Of a stretch of 64,000 nt of DNA, positions 29,867 through 39,528 are shown in pieces. Under the pieces are notes generated by a model. The model did no database searches and was not told the DNA's origin. It saw only the letters and a program-made list of their open reading frames with translations. The translations under genes and the position numbers were made by a program. This DNA comes from Microcoleus sp. (GTDB lineage: Bacteria; Cyanobacteriota; Cyanobacteriia; Cyanobacteriales; Microcoleaceae), in assembly GCA_052279835.1 (NCBI GenBank), contig CP181291.1:2656001-2720000 (forward strand), given 5' to 3'. Positions within the stretch are counted from its first letter, which is position 1, and every line of letters starts with the position of its first letter.

Positions 29867-30023
29867 AATTGGATCAAAAAGAAAGGCTCTCGTTAAGTGT
29901 GATTGAGTACCAGCAAGGCTCGTATTGTGGCAAAGGTTAGACTTTATAGTAAGTGATATATGAGACTATTGTTACAGAATAGTTCCTCGCCTAAATTTAC
30001 AGACGGGAGTTTATCGTATTGTT

Positions 30024-30968
30024 ATGGATAGTGCCATTCCCGAGCTAGACCAAATTAAACGCCAGCTCATGACCTTAAACCGACCGAAAAAGCCAAAAAT
30101 GTTGGTAGTAGACGACGAACCAGACAATCTGGATTTACTCTACCGCACTTTTCGACGCGATTTTAACGTACTCAAAGCAGAAAGCGGAATTCGTGCTTTA
30201 GAAGTATTGGAAAGCGAAGGCGAGGTTGCCGTCATCATTTCCGATCAGCGGATGCCAGAAATGAAGGGAACCGAGTTTCTCAGCAAAACTGTGTTTCAGT
30301 TTCCGAACACGGTCAGGATTATTTTGACTGGTTTTACGGATATTGAAGACTTGGTAGATGCGATTAACTCAGGACAGGTTTATAAGTATATCACTAAGCC
30401 TTGGGACCCGAACGAATTGAAAATGGTAGTCCAAAAGGCTGCCGAAACTTATGAAGTTCTCAAGCAGCGGACTGAGGAATTGCGTCGCGCCCAAAATCAA
30501 ATACAACTGTTAGCCACTATCATGCAAACGGCTTTGGAGTATCCGAATTTGGTAGCAACTTTAGACCCCATCGCTACTGCTATCAGTGATAATTTTTTGG
30601 CCGACACTTGCATTTTGCAACTGGTGGAAGGCAATGTTTTAGTCCCTGTTCAAGGTGGTCATACCAGCGGTGGTGCTCTGGAAAATTGGCTAGCAGATGA
30701 CCCTCTAGCTAGGGAGGCGATCGCTTCTCAAAATATTCAGGCTGCTGTGAATATTGCCACGGATGCAAACCTAGCTAGCCTGCCACACTATCAGCAATCT
30801 GCCATTAAATCCCATCTGACCATCCCGGTGGTTCACGGAGGTCGATCGATCGCCCTGATTTCCCTCCAGTGGAAGCAGCCTTGTACCCTTCGCCCGGACG
30901 AACTAACAACTGTTCACCTCGCAGCTCAACAAGTTGCGTTGGTAATAACAAGTTTTCAGGGTCAGTAG
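30024..30968 (+). CDS. Response regulator (REC + GAF)
   Basis: LVVDDEPDN, ISDQRMP and KPWDP, then a GAF-like C-terminus. Confidence 0.88.
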   Translation: MDSAIPELDQIKRQLMTLNRPKKPKMLVVDDEPDNLDLLYRTFRRDFNVLKAESGIRALEVLESEGEVAVIISDQRMPEMKGTEFLSKTVFQFPNTVRIILTGFTDIEDLVDAINSGQVYKYITKPWDPNELKMVVQKAAETYEVLKQRTEELRRAQNQIQLLATIMQTALEYPNLVATLDPIATAISDNFLADTCILQLVEGNVLVPVQGGHTSGGALENWLADDPLAREAIASQNIQAAVNIATDANLASLPHYQQSAIKSHLTIPVVHGGRSIALISLQWKQPCTLRPDELTTVHLAAQQVALVITSFQGQ

Positions 30969-31171
30969 TTATTAGTCATTGGTTATTGGTTATTGGTTAA
31001 TAGTTATTGGTTATTTATTAGTTTCAAAAAACACCATAAACCACCATAGATAAATAATAAATTCCAAAAAAAACTCAATAAAAAGCCAATAACAATAACC
31101 AATAGTAGTATTTCCCAAAAAAACCTCACAAAAACCCTAACCAACAATAAATAAGAAATAACAAATAACAA

Positions 31172-31873
31172 ATGACTAATAACCCAGAACAAATTAAAAA
31201 TATATTTAATCGAATAGCACCAATTTACAATCAATTAAACGATTGGTTGAGCTTGGGGCAGCACCGAATTTGGAAACAAATGGCGGTGAAATGGAGTAAT
31301 GCCCGCCCAGGCAATACTTGTTTAGACTTGTGTTGCGGTAGCGGGGATCTAGCTCTACTTTTATCCCAGCAAGCAGGCCCTAGCGGTTCTGTCTTTGGAG
31401 TGGATTTTTCACAAGAACAATTGGCTGTTGCAGCCCGTCGCGATCGACCTTTTCTCACTCCTTCTAGTCCCATTTCCTGGGTAGAAGCTGACGCCCTCAA
31501 TTTGCCTTTTCCCGATGATTACTTCGACTGCGCCACCATGGGTTACGGCCTCCGCAATGTGACTGATATCCCCCGCAGTCTTCAGGAATTGCACCGCGTA
31601 CTCAAACCTGGTGCAAGAGCAGCGATTCTCGACCTCCACCGCCCCAACAATTCCTTGATGCGGAGTTTTCAGCAGTTTTATCTCCAAAGTCTAGTAGTGC
31701 CAATGGCTCAGCAATTTGGCATGACTGAAGAATACGCCTATATCAATCCTAGTTTAGAAAAATTCCCGATGGGTTCGGAACAAGTGGCGATCGCCCACCA
31801 AGCCGGATTTACCAACGCCACACACTATCCTATTGCTGGAGCTATGATGGGAGTATTGGTCATTAGTCATTAG
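31172..31873 (+). CDS. menG: Demethylmenaquinone/phylloquinone methyltransferase (UbiE/MenG)
   Basis: FNRIAPIY, LDLCCGSGD, GYGLRNV and RVLKPG motifs. Confidence 0.88.
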   Translation: MTNNPEQIKNIFNRIAPIYNQLNDWLSLGQHRIWKQMAVKWSNARPGNTCLDLCCGSGDLALLLSQQAGPSGSVFGVDFSQEQLAVAARRDRPFLTPSSPISWVEADALNLPFPDDYFDCATMGYGLRNVTDIPRSLQELHRVLKPGARAAILDLHRPNNSLMRSFQQFYLQSLVVPMAQQFGMTEEYAYINPSLEKFPMGSEQVAIAHQAGFTNATHYPIAGAMMGVLVISH

Positions 31874-31968
31874 TCATTAGTTATCGGTTATTGGTTATTC
31901 CCAATTCCCAATTCCCAATTCCCAATTCCCAATTCCTAATTCCCAATTCCCAATTCCCAATTCCCAAT
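31860..31968. repeat. Bipartite STRR array: (CATTAGT/TTATTGG)n then (ATTCCCA)n
   Basis: Heptamer runs visible between menG and the DUF445 gene. Confidence 0.9.
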
Positions 31969-31973
31969 TATTG

Positions 31974-33206
31974 ATGAACCCATCTGATATTTGGCTGTTT
32001 TTTGCCCCACCTGTAGTGGGAGGAATTATTGGCTATTTCACCAATGATATAGCTATCAAAATGTTATTTCGCCCCTATCGAGCTATTTATGTCAAAGGGC
32101 GGCAATTACCATTCACTCCCGGCTTGATCCCCCGCAACCAAGAGCGCTTAGCCAAGCGAATTTCGGACACAATTATGGGCTCACTCCTGACACCAGAGGA
32201 GTTACAAAAATTAGCCCGTCGCCTTTTACAAACCGAGCGCATGCAGTCGGTAATTCTCTGGCTATTGCAGTTAGCCTTGGATCAAGTTAAAGCAGATGCA
32301 GAGCAAAAAACTGCTAAAATTCTCGCCAACATTCTGCGAGATTTGCTAGGGGAATCAGTACCACGCATTCTCAAAATTTTGGCGCGACGGGAAGATTTTT
32401 TAGAAGCTCAGTTAAATCAAATTTTTGACCAAGTTTTGCTGGAAATTCAGCTAACCGAAGCTCAGGCTGGTCAATTGGCTGATTGGCTGTTACAGGTAGT
32501 AATACCGCCGGAAGTGTTGCGGCAGACTTTGATTGACTTTTTGACCGATCGCAATATTTCGATCATCGATGAAGGGTTTCGAGAAAAAACCAGCGGTACT
32601 TATTGGGTAGTCGCCAATTTGTTTGGTTTACGGAACACTTTAACTCGACTGCGAACTTTTTGTCTCGATGACAAAGAAGCGACAAATCAGCGCTTAGCAG
32701 AATTAACTGTGGCTTTGGGAATTCGCGGGCGAATTCAGGAGTGGCTGCAAAACTTGTCGATGCAAAATCTACCAGTTTCGACAGTGCGACAGTTACGCAA
32801 AACTATGCGGGACAGCGTTCGCAGCTACGTTCAAGAACGGGGCACGGAGGTACTTCAGGGATTGAGCAAGTCTATTGACTGGGAAAATATTTCTAAGTTA
32901 ATTCTGAGTAGATTGCAGACTTCAGCCGTGATGAGTGCTTCCCTGGAAATGGTTAGCAAAGAACTAGCTTTGGTTTTAGAGCGGTATCTGGAGCGGGATT
33001 TAGAAAATATTGTAGCTCAGGCGATCCCTATTTTAAATATCGATCAGGTGATTATTGATCGAGTTAAAGGTACTTCTCCTGAAGACTTGGAATTAGCAAT
33101 TCAGGGAATTGTCAAAAGCGAGTTGCAAGGAATAGTCAATTTAGGTGGAATTTTGGGTGTTTTGGTCGGCTGCTTGCAGACTGTTGTGCTGTTGGTACAG
33201 CGATGA
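31974..33206 (+). CDS. DUF445 family membrane protein
   Basis: [20 protein letters not shown] and C-terminal GGILGVLVG. Confidence 0.88.
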   Translation: MNPSDIWLFFAPPVVGGIIGYFTNDIAIKMLFRPYRAIYVKGRQLPFTPGLIPRNQERLAKRISDTIMGSLLTPEELQKLARRLLQTERMQSVILWLLQLALDQVKADAEQKTAKILANILRDLLGESVPRILKILARREDFLEAQLNQIFDQVLLEIQLTEAQAGQLADWLLQVVIPPEVLRQTLIDFLTDRNISIIDEGFREKTSGTYWVVANLFGLRNTLTRLRTFCLDDKEATNQRLAELTVALGIRGRIQEWLQNLSMQNLPVSTVRQLRKTMRDSVRSYVQERGTEVLQGLSKSIDWENISKLILSRLQTSAVMSASLEMVSKELALVLERYLERDLENIVAQAIPILNIDQVIIDRVKGTSPEDLELAIQGIVKSELQGIVNLGGILGVLVGCLQTVVLLVQR

Positions 33207-33266
33207 TTTTTTTTGATGATTGTGAGATATTTGTTGTAGCATAAAATACACATCTTATTTAAATCT

Positions 33267-33575
33267 ATGCCAGCTCCCAATCCCGACGATCGCCCCTACC
33301 GCCCCAAAAACCCCCGCAACCTCAGTCCCGAACAATACAAACGTTTAACAGCAGAGATAGCCGCTCCCTATCGACCTCTGCGACAGTTGGTCTATATCGC
33401 TTGCGGCGCATCTGGCTTCATTGGTGGCTTAGTTTTCCTCGCTAAAATTGCCTCCGGCCAGCAAGTTAGCTCTACTTTGCCCAATTTTGCCCTCCAAGTG
33501 GGAGTGGTGGCTCTGATGGTGTTTCTGTTCCGCTGGGAGCAGCGCGCCCAGGGTCAACCCCCAAAACAGAAGTAA
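33267..33575 (+). CDS. DUF3493 domain membrane protein
   Basis: RLTAEIAAPYRPLR motif plus two TM helices. Confidence 0.75.
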   Translation: MPAPNPDDRPYRPKNPRNLSPEQYKRLTAEIAAPYRPLRQLVYIACGASGFIGGLVFLAKIASGQQVSSTLPNFALQVGVVALMVFLFRWEQRAQGQPPKQK

Positions 33576-33797
33576 TAAAATTTTACAAATAGAAATAAAA
33601 GTACATTTAAGGCAAGGAAAAGTTAGAATTATAAAGAAATCATTATGAAACCCTGGTTTGCGATCGATCCCTGTCATTATTGAAGGATGGGTTCAATTGG
33701 GGTCAGCAAATTTAAAGACCCTAATCATAAACCACTTTTGGGCCGTTCAAATGGGGTCAGCTTTCATAAAGACCCTAAACATAAAAACTAACTTTAG

Positions 33798-33844
33798 ACT
33801 CACCGCCAGCCTTCACTTATAGAAGACCTGGTGGTGAGTTTTTT
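33798..33844 (+). terminator. Rho-independent terminator
   Basis: ACTCACCGCCAG...CTGGTGGTGAGT stem followed by a T run. Confidence 0.75.
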
Positions 33845-34085
33845 GATGCTGATTCCGGTACCAACGGACAGAATACTATCGGGGTTATTCACCCCCTTTT
33901 TGATCTGAGTCGCTAATTTCTCCGCCTCTGTACCTGTAACCCTCTCTCCCCCCTCTCCCCCTTACAGCAATGAAGGGTTTTTTTACCCGGATTTGAGCTC
34001 GCCTCTCCCGAAAAAATTTAGCTGGGCGGTAAGTAAATAAATATCGCTATAGTCGAAGTGGACAACAATATCTGGGGACTTTAGT

Positions 34086-34661
34086 ATGAGATGGTCATTT
34101 TTCAAACAGCGGTGGACTTTATGTTTAGCCACAGGGGCGGGAATGTTGTTTTACAGCGGTGCTGCGCTGGCCTCTGAAAAGGTAGTCCTCAAATACAGTG
34201 TGATTCGGATGACTATACCAGTCAGCGAATTAGAAAGTTTCGCGGAAACTGGCAAAATGTCTTCTGGCTTAGAGATGCTGTTGGGACAAGCTAAACAAGA
34301 CCCGGAAGCTATTCGCCGCCATCTGACGAGACCGGTTAAAGTCAATCCCAGGTTTTTGGATCGGACCCTGAATAGTAAAGTTGGAGACATGATTCTGGAT
34401 GAAGTCGGTCAGGTAATTCACACTCCTTCTGGGAATGCAAATAAAGAGGCTTTGCGCGCGGCTTTGGTGCTGTCTGCCAGCAGTGATAATGAAATTACAT
34501 TACTGGAAACCATCAAGAATTATCCGACGACCGAAGTTGACGTTGAGGGCGATCGTTTGGTGGAAGCTTATGGCAAACTGGTAGCCTTGTCAGAACAATT
34601 GGGCGGTGTTTCCGAACGGCTCCAAGACCTTTTGAATAAGATTCGTCTACCTAGACTTTAG
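34086..34661 (+). CDS. DUF1400 (alpha/beta hydrolase-associated) secreted protein
   Basis: Signal peptide, LESFAETG, ALRAALVLSA and YPT motifs. Confidence 0.8.
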   Translation: MRWSFFKQRWTLCLATGAGMLFYSGAALASEKVVLKYSVIRMTIPVSELESFAETGKMSSGLEMLLGQAKQDPEAIRRHLTRPVKVNPRFLDRTLNSKVGDMILDEVGQVIHTPSGNANKEALRAALVLSASSDNEITLLETIKNYPTTEVDVEGDRLVEAYGKLVALSEQLGGVSERLQDLLNKIRLPRL

Positions 34662-34928
34662 GAGACGATCTCAAATCAGGCAAATTTCTGAGTTCGTAGA
34701 CAGAATAGTTCTCAACGTTCCGTATTTTCACTTATAAACAAGTTTTTTACCCAAAAAAATAGCACAAGTCTTTCTGTAACTTTCATATAATGAAATGCGA
34801 AACTATGGACATTATGAAATATCTATCTTAAGATATAGAAAAGCATCTCAAATCCCAAGATAACCGTACCTATTAGGGCGGTTGACTGCCATTCCATAGA
34901 CTTTATTTACTGGATAAAAACTAGCAAA

Positions 34929-36146
34929 ATGAACAACAATCCTATTCGGTCTAAAGATCGCTTCCTCGTATTTGGCTCTCCTGCGATCGAAGATGCTGAA
35001 ATTCAGGAAGTCGTATCGACTATGCAAACAGGCTGGTTGGGTACGGGGCCAAAGGTCATGCGCTTTGAAAATGACTTCAAAGCTTACAAGGGTTCCGAGT
35101 ACGCAATTGCAGTCAATTCCTGTACGGCAGGGCTGCATTTAAGTATCCTCGCTGCTTCGTTAAAACCAGGGGATGAAGTCATTACTACTCCGATGACTTT
35201 TTGTGCGACAGTTAACGCGATTATTCACGCAGGGGCAACACCTGTACTGGCAGATATCGACCCGGTGACCATGAATATTGACCCGGCGAAAGTTGAAGCT
35301 AAAATAACTTCCAAAACTAAGGCGATTTTGCCAGTTCACTTTGCAGGTCGTCCTTGCGATATGGATGCCCTGTGCGAAATTGCTCAACGCCACAACTTAA
35401 AGTTAATCGAAGACTGTGCTCACGCCATCGAAACAGAATATAAAGGACGGAAAGCAGGGACTTTTGGCGATTTCGGATGCTTCAGTTTTTATGTCACCAA
35501 AAACATCACGACGGGTGAAGGTGGCATGATTCTAAGTCGGAAACAAGAAGACGCTGACAGGCTCAAAATTTTAGCGCTGCACGGTATGAGCAAAGATGCT
35601 TGGAAGCGCTTCGGCGATTCAGGATACAAGCACTACCAAGTGGTGGAAGTCGGTTTTAAATACAATATGATGGATCTGCAAGCAGCGATCGGGATTCGTC
35701 AAATGGAACGAGTTGCTCCTTATTGGAAGCGGCGCGAAGAGATTTGGCAGCGCTACAATGAAGCATTTGCCGATTTACCAATTACTCTGCCGTCAGACCC
35801 AGAACCAGACACAATTCATGCCTACCACCTATACACGATTTTGGTAGATGAAGCCACCGCAGGCATCAGCCGCGACGAGTTTCTTAACGCTATTAATGCT
35901 GAGAATATCGGTGTTGGCGTACATTACATGAGTATGGCAGAACATCCTGTCTATCAGGAAATGTTTGGATGGCAGCCGGAAGATTATCCGAATGCATGTT
36001 ACGTCGGACTCCGCACCATAAGTTTGCCAATTTCAGCCAAATTAACAGATGCAGATGTTGAAGATGTGATTGCTGCTGTTAAAAAATGTTTGGCCAAGGG
36101 TAAGGTTCTACCTCAATTAGAGGTGACAGCAGGCAAAGCTGCCTAG
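34929..36146 (+). CDS. DegT/DnrJ/EryC1/StrS family PLP-dependent sugar aminotransferase
   Basis: NSCTAGLHL, IEDCAHA and SFYVTKNITTGEGG motifs. Confidence 0.93.
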   Translation: MNNNPIRSKDRFLVFGSPAIEDAEIQEVVSTMQTGWLGTGPKVMRFENDFKAYKGSEYAIAVNSCTAGLHLSILAASLKPGDEVITTPMTFCATVNAIIHAGATPVLADIDPVTMNIDPAKVEAKITSKTKAILPVHFAGRPCDMDALCEIAQRHNLKLIEDCAHAIETEYKGRKAGTFGDFGCFSFYVTKNITTGEGGMILSRKQEDADRLKILALHGMSKDAWKRFGDSGYKHYQVVEVGFKYNMMDLQAAIGIRQMERVAPYWKRREEIWQRYNEAFADLPITLPSDPEPDTIHAYHLYTILVDEATAGISRDEFLNAINAENIGVGVHYMSMAEHPVYQEMFGWQPEDYPNACYVGLRTISLPISAKLTDADVEDVIAAVKKCLAKGKVLPQLEVTAGKAA

Positions 36147-36170
36147 ACTATTAGCCCCAAAAACATCTAA

Positions 36171-36268
36171 TACCAAATCCGGGTTTTTCACCCCCTTTAT
36201 TACTGTATGGGCGAGAGGGAGAAATTAGCGACCCACAGCCCAAATGGGGTGAAAAACCCGGATTTAGT
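36171..36268. repeat. MITE-like element (AAATCCGGGTTTTTCACCCC inverted repeats)
   Basis: Terminal inverted repeats; degenerate inverted copy at ~33875-33997. Confidence 0.75.
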
Positions 36269-36276
36269 CGGATATC

Positions 36277-36594
36277 TCTATTCCTCATGCTCGACTAATT
36301 GAAATGTTGAAGTACAAAGCTGAATTGATGGGAATAAAGGTAATAGAACAAGAAGAATCCTATACTTCCAAATCGAACTTCCTGAATTTAGATCCAATTC
36401 CTGTGTACGGGAATATTGGAACCTTCGATGTCACATTTAGTGGTCAGCGAATTAAGAGAGGATTGTATAGAACAGCGTCGGGTCAATTGATTAATGCCGA
36501 TGTTAACGGGTCTTACAATATATTGAGAAAAGCAATCCCAAATGCGTTTAGCCATGGGATAGGTCGTGGGCGTAGTTCAGCCGAGGCGGGTTAA
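36277..36594 (+). pseudogene. tnpB: 5'-truncated TnpB (RNA-guided endonuclease) fragment
   Basis: IPHARLIEMLKYKAEL-GIKV-EQEESYTSK (RuvC-II) and INADVNGSYNILRK (RuvC-III); the N-terminal portion is missing. Confidence 0.88.
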
Positions 36595-36833
36595 TCCGCT
36601 CGAAGTAAAAGCGAAGGGGGAGGGACTCAACGCCTCCTTAGTCATGTCATAAATGCCTATACTTTTACCAGCTATCTATTGATAGGAATGACCAATTTTA
36701 ACTTAAGTCCTGGAAGCTATAAAAACAAAGGCAAGCCCTTGATTTTTATGCCCAAAAATCTACGGTCTAAAAAAAGACTATAGATAGTTTAACACATTTC
36801 AATTTGTCCAGTTGCTAAGGAAAAAAATCAATA

Positions 36834-38057
36834 ATGAATAAACAAATTGGCTACTTTATCCCTGAATTTCCAGGGCAAACTCATACTTGGATTTGGCGTG
36901 AATATCAAGCAATGCTGGATATTGGTATGAAACCTCACATCATCTCCACCCGCCGTCCGCCCACAAAGGTTGTACATACTTGGGCTCAGAAAGCCCAAAG
37001 TATCACCGATTATTTAGTCCCCTTTGAACTCAAAGATTTTGTAAATATTCCCATCCAACTCATCAAAGCTGGTCCGATTGCTTGGTGGCGCTGTCTGAGT
37101 GTAATTGCCAATGCCAAGGATGTGTCTTTAGCTCAAAAGCTTTACTACTTGGTATTGGTCGTTATGGGTGCAAAGCTAGCTTGGTTTGCCAAAACCCAGG
37201 GCTGGTCTCACGTCCACGTTCATTCCTGTGGCAATGCTGCTAATATAGCCCTATTTGCCTCCATACTTTCGGACATTACTTATAGTGTCGCCCTTCTCGG
37301 TCAGTTAGAAGATTTTGGGGGCAATCAAGAGCAAAAATGGCAACATTCTGCTTTTGCTTCTGTGATGTCTGAACAACTTCTCTACTCTATCAAAGATGAG
37401 CTAGAAGGTTTCTTGCCCAAGGATGTGAGAGTTTCACCAGTGGGTGTTAATCTCGATGAAATTAAGCGTGAAACTCCCTACACTCCTTGGCAGGAAGGGA
37501 CTCAATGCCGAATTTATACTTGTGGCCGTCTCAATATAGCTAAAGGACACAAGTACCTAATTAAGTCAATTAAGTTGCTTCGAGAACGAGGGTTTGATGT
37601 CCGTTTGCAGATTGCTGGGGAGGATGGAAACGCTGGTAATGGCTACCGGAAAGAATTGGAAAAATTCATTGTAGATGAATCCATGTCTGATTATGTTGAG
37701 CTGCTGGGTTCTGTCTCCGAAGAACGAAATCGGCAAGGTTATAAAGAGGCTGATATTTTTGCTTTACCCAGCCTAAAAGAGGGAATTTCTGTAGCGGTTA
37801 TGGAAGCAATGGCTATGGAAACTCCTGTAGTAGTGACCCAGGTGGGTGGCATGATGGAACTGATAGATAACGGTGTTGACGGTATGCTGGTCCCGGCGGA
37901 AGATCCGGAAAAAATGGCAGATGCGATCGCAAAATTGTTACAGGACAAAGAGTTAACTTTGAGTCTGACTCAAAAATCACGACAGAAGATTGCTGATAAA
38001 TTCCACCATCGGCGCAGCGCTCAGATTTTACTTGAATCCTTGGAGCATCTCAACTAA
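36834..38057 (+). CDS. Glycosyltransferase family 4 (EPS biosynthesis)
   Basis: GRLNIAKG and EGISVAVMEAMA (E-x7-E) motifs. Confidence 0.9.
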   Translation: MNKQIGYFIPEFPGQTHTWIWREYQAMLDIGMKPHIISTRRPPTKVVHTWAQKAQSITDYLVPFELKDFVNIPIQLIKAGPIAWWRCLSVIANAKDVSLAQKLYYLVLVVMGAKLAWFAKTQGWSHVHVHSCGNAANIALFASILSDITYSVALLGQLEDFGGNQEQKWQHSAFASVMSEQLLYSIKDELEGFLPKDVRVSPVGVNLDEIKRETPYTPWQEGTQCRIYTCGRLNIAKGHKYLIKSIKLLRERGFDVRLQIAGEDGNAGNGYRKELEKFIVDESMSDYVELLGSVSEERNRQGYKEADIFALPSLKEGISVAVMEAMAMETPVVVTQVGGMMELIDNGVDGMLVPAEDPEKMADAIAKLLQDKELTLSLTQKSRQKIADKFHHRRSAQILLESLEHLN

Positions 38058-38262
38058 ATTTTGGCAAAATTCAATTCGGTGATTTTTTGAGTAGGGCCCG
38101 ATAACGTCCTAGCTCCTGAATATAAGGAGCTAGGATATTTATATTAATTTTGAAATGCCCTTGCTGCTGAAAAATCGTGAAATTAACGCCTTGTTTCAAG
38201 TTGGTTTTAAACCAGGGGCGATGGGAAGCTACTATGAGTTACAACATTTCGCTTCGCAGCAC

Positions 38263-38487
38263 TCAGTAAGCCAAAGTTGCTAAAGTTTCTCGCAAATAGG
38301 AGCGAACTTGCTGGTCGATGCTGACAGTTGCCTGCTGATTCTCAAAATTTCGCTCTAGCTGCCAGCGTTGAAATCCAGAACTTGCGCCGATCGCTTTTTT
38401 GAGACTGCCCCAGATTTGAGAATCTTCGTACAGCTCGATCGGCTCTGCTGCTTGAGGTTCTTGTGCGATCGTTTGTGCATTCGCCAT
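38263..38487 (-). CDS. Small conserved cyanobacterial hypothetical protein
   Basis: SSGFQRW...YLRETLATLAY C-terminus; GAGG ribosome-binding site. Confidence 0.75.
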   Translation of the reverse strand: MANAQTIAQEPQAAEPIELYEDSQIWGSLKKAIGASSGFQRWQLERNFENQQATVSIDQQVRSYLRETLATLAY

Positions 38488-38766
38488 ATTTTTATACCTC
38501 TGTTTTAATCCCCAGTGAGGACTTAAAGCTTACCTTGACAATTTCCATTATATATTCTCCTCTCCCAATAGCAAATGAAAAATCAAAATAAGCTCAAATT
38601 AAAAATTTGATATTAAATGTTAATAATCTCAATAATTTTCAATTAATAACTATGGATTTATTAGCACATTATTTTGAAATCAGCAGTATCTTAAAATACA
38701 ATTGAATCCAGGGCTGGTTATTTTTTTAATCCTAAATCCCGAATCCCAAATCTCGCCGGGCCAGGA

Positions 38767-39399
38767 TCAAATCCCATCTCCCTCTTCAGGTTTCCCCCGA
38801 TCTTCAGCTTCGGCAAAAGCGGGTAAAATGCGATCGACCTGCCAGCCTGCGATCGTGAAATCGAGCCCAACTTTATCCAAAACATGAGGCTGTCTCGCTG
38901 CCAATTCTGATTCCGGTGTCAGCAATACAGCCAGGACACTAGCAGGCACCTGCAAGAACAAATTGCTAGCTAGAAAAGCCCCAGCAGCCAACAGCAATCC
39001 AGCCAATCGCCATTGAGGAGGAAAAGGAGCGACGGAAGCTGCCAGGGGAGAAAATCGATATAGTTGCCACAAAATTACTGCCAGCAAAATAGCCAAAAAC
39101 AGAGCTAATCCTTGATTTAAGCGAGATTTAAACCCAGCCAGAATCCGCTGCTGTGCATTTGTGAGATTCTGGGGTTTCACCGCCACCACTAAAATACTAA
39201 AAATGTAAAAAGGACGAAACCACTGCATCCAAAGCACAGGCACAATACCTGCGGCCCCGACTAAAAATACTTCCAGCCACACTGGTAGCAGCGGAGAACC
39301 CACCGCTAGTCCCAGCCAACAAAGTCCAAGGAAAATCGGCAATGCAGCCAGCCCAGCCAGGTGAATCCACAAAAAAGGTTCAGACCAAAAAGAACGCAT
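38767..39399 (-). CDS. Cyanobacterial low-complexity-tail membrane protein
   Basis: SEPFLWIHLAG N-terminus with four TM helices; downstream of infB. Confidence 0.75.
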   Translation of the reverse strand: MRSFWSEPFLWIHLAGLAALPIFLGLCWLGLAVGSPLLPVWLEVFLVGAAGIVPVLWMQWFRPFYIFSILVVAVKPQNLTNAQQRILAGFKSRLNQGLALFLAILLAVILWQLYRFSPLAASVAPFPPQWRLAGLLLAAGAFLASNLFLQVPASVLAVLLTPESELAARQPHVLDKVGLDFTIAGWQVDRILPAFAEAEDRGKPEEGDGI

Positions 39400-39470
39400 A
39401 AGTAGAAGGAAGAAGGAAGAAGGAAGAAGAACCCCCCCAAGGGGGGAAGGAAGAAGGAAGAATGCTTAAA

Positions 39471-39501
39471 ACTCAAGGCTGGTAATTAACCAGCCTTGAG
39501 T
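39471..39501. terminator. Hairpin downstream of infB
   Basis: ACTCAAGGCTGG-TAATTAA-CCAGCCTTGAGT. Confidence 0.6.
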
Positions 39502-39528
39502 CCCCGATCCACAATTGAGAATCCAAAA

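Noticed and set aside
33691..33786. Two 54-nt-period repeats read as a mini CRISPR array
   Set aside because: Only about 13 nt of unique sequence between units, and the variation lies inside the hairpin loop; kept as an sRNA/peptide candidate instead.
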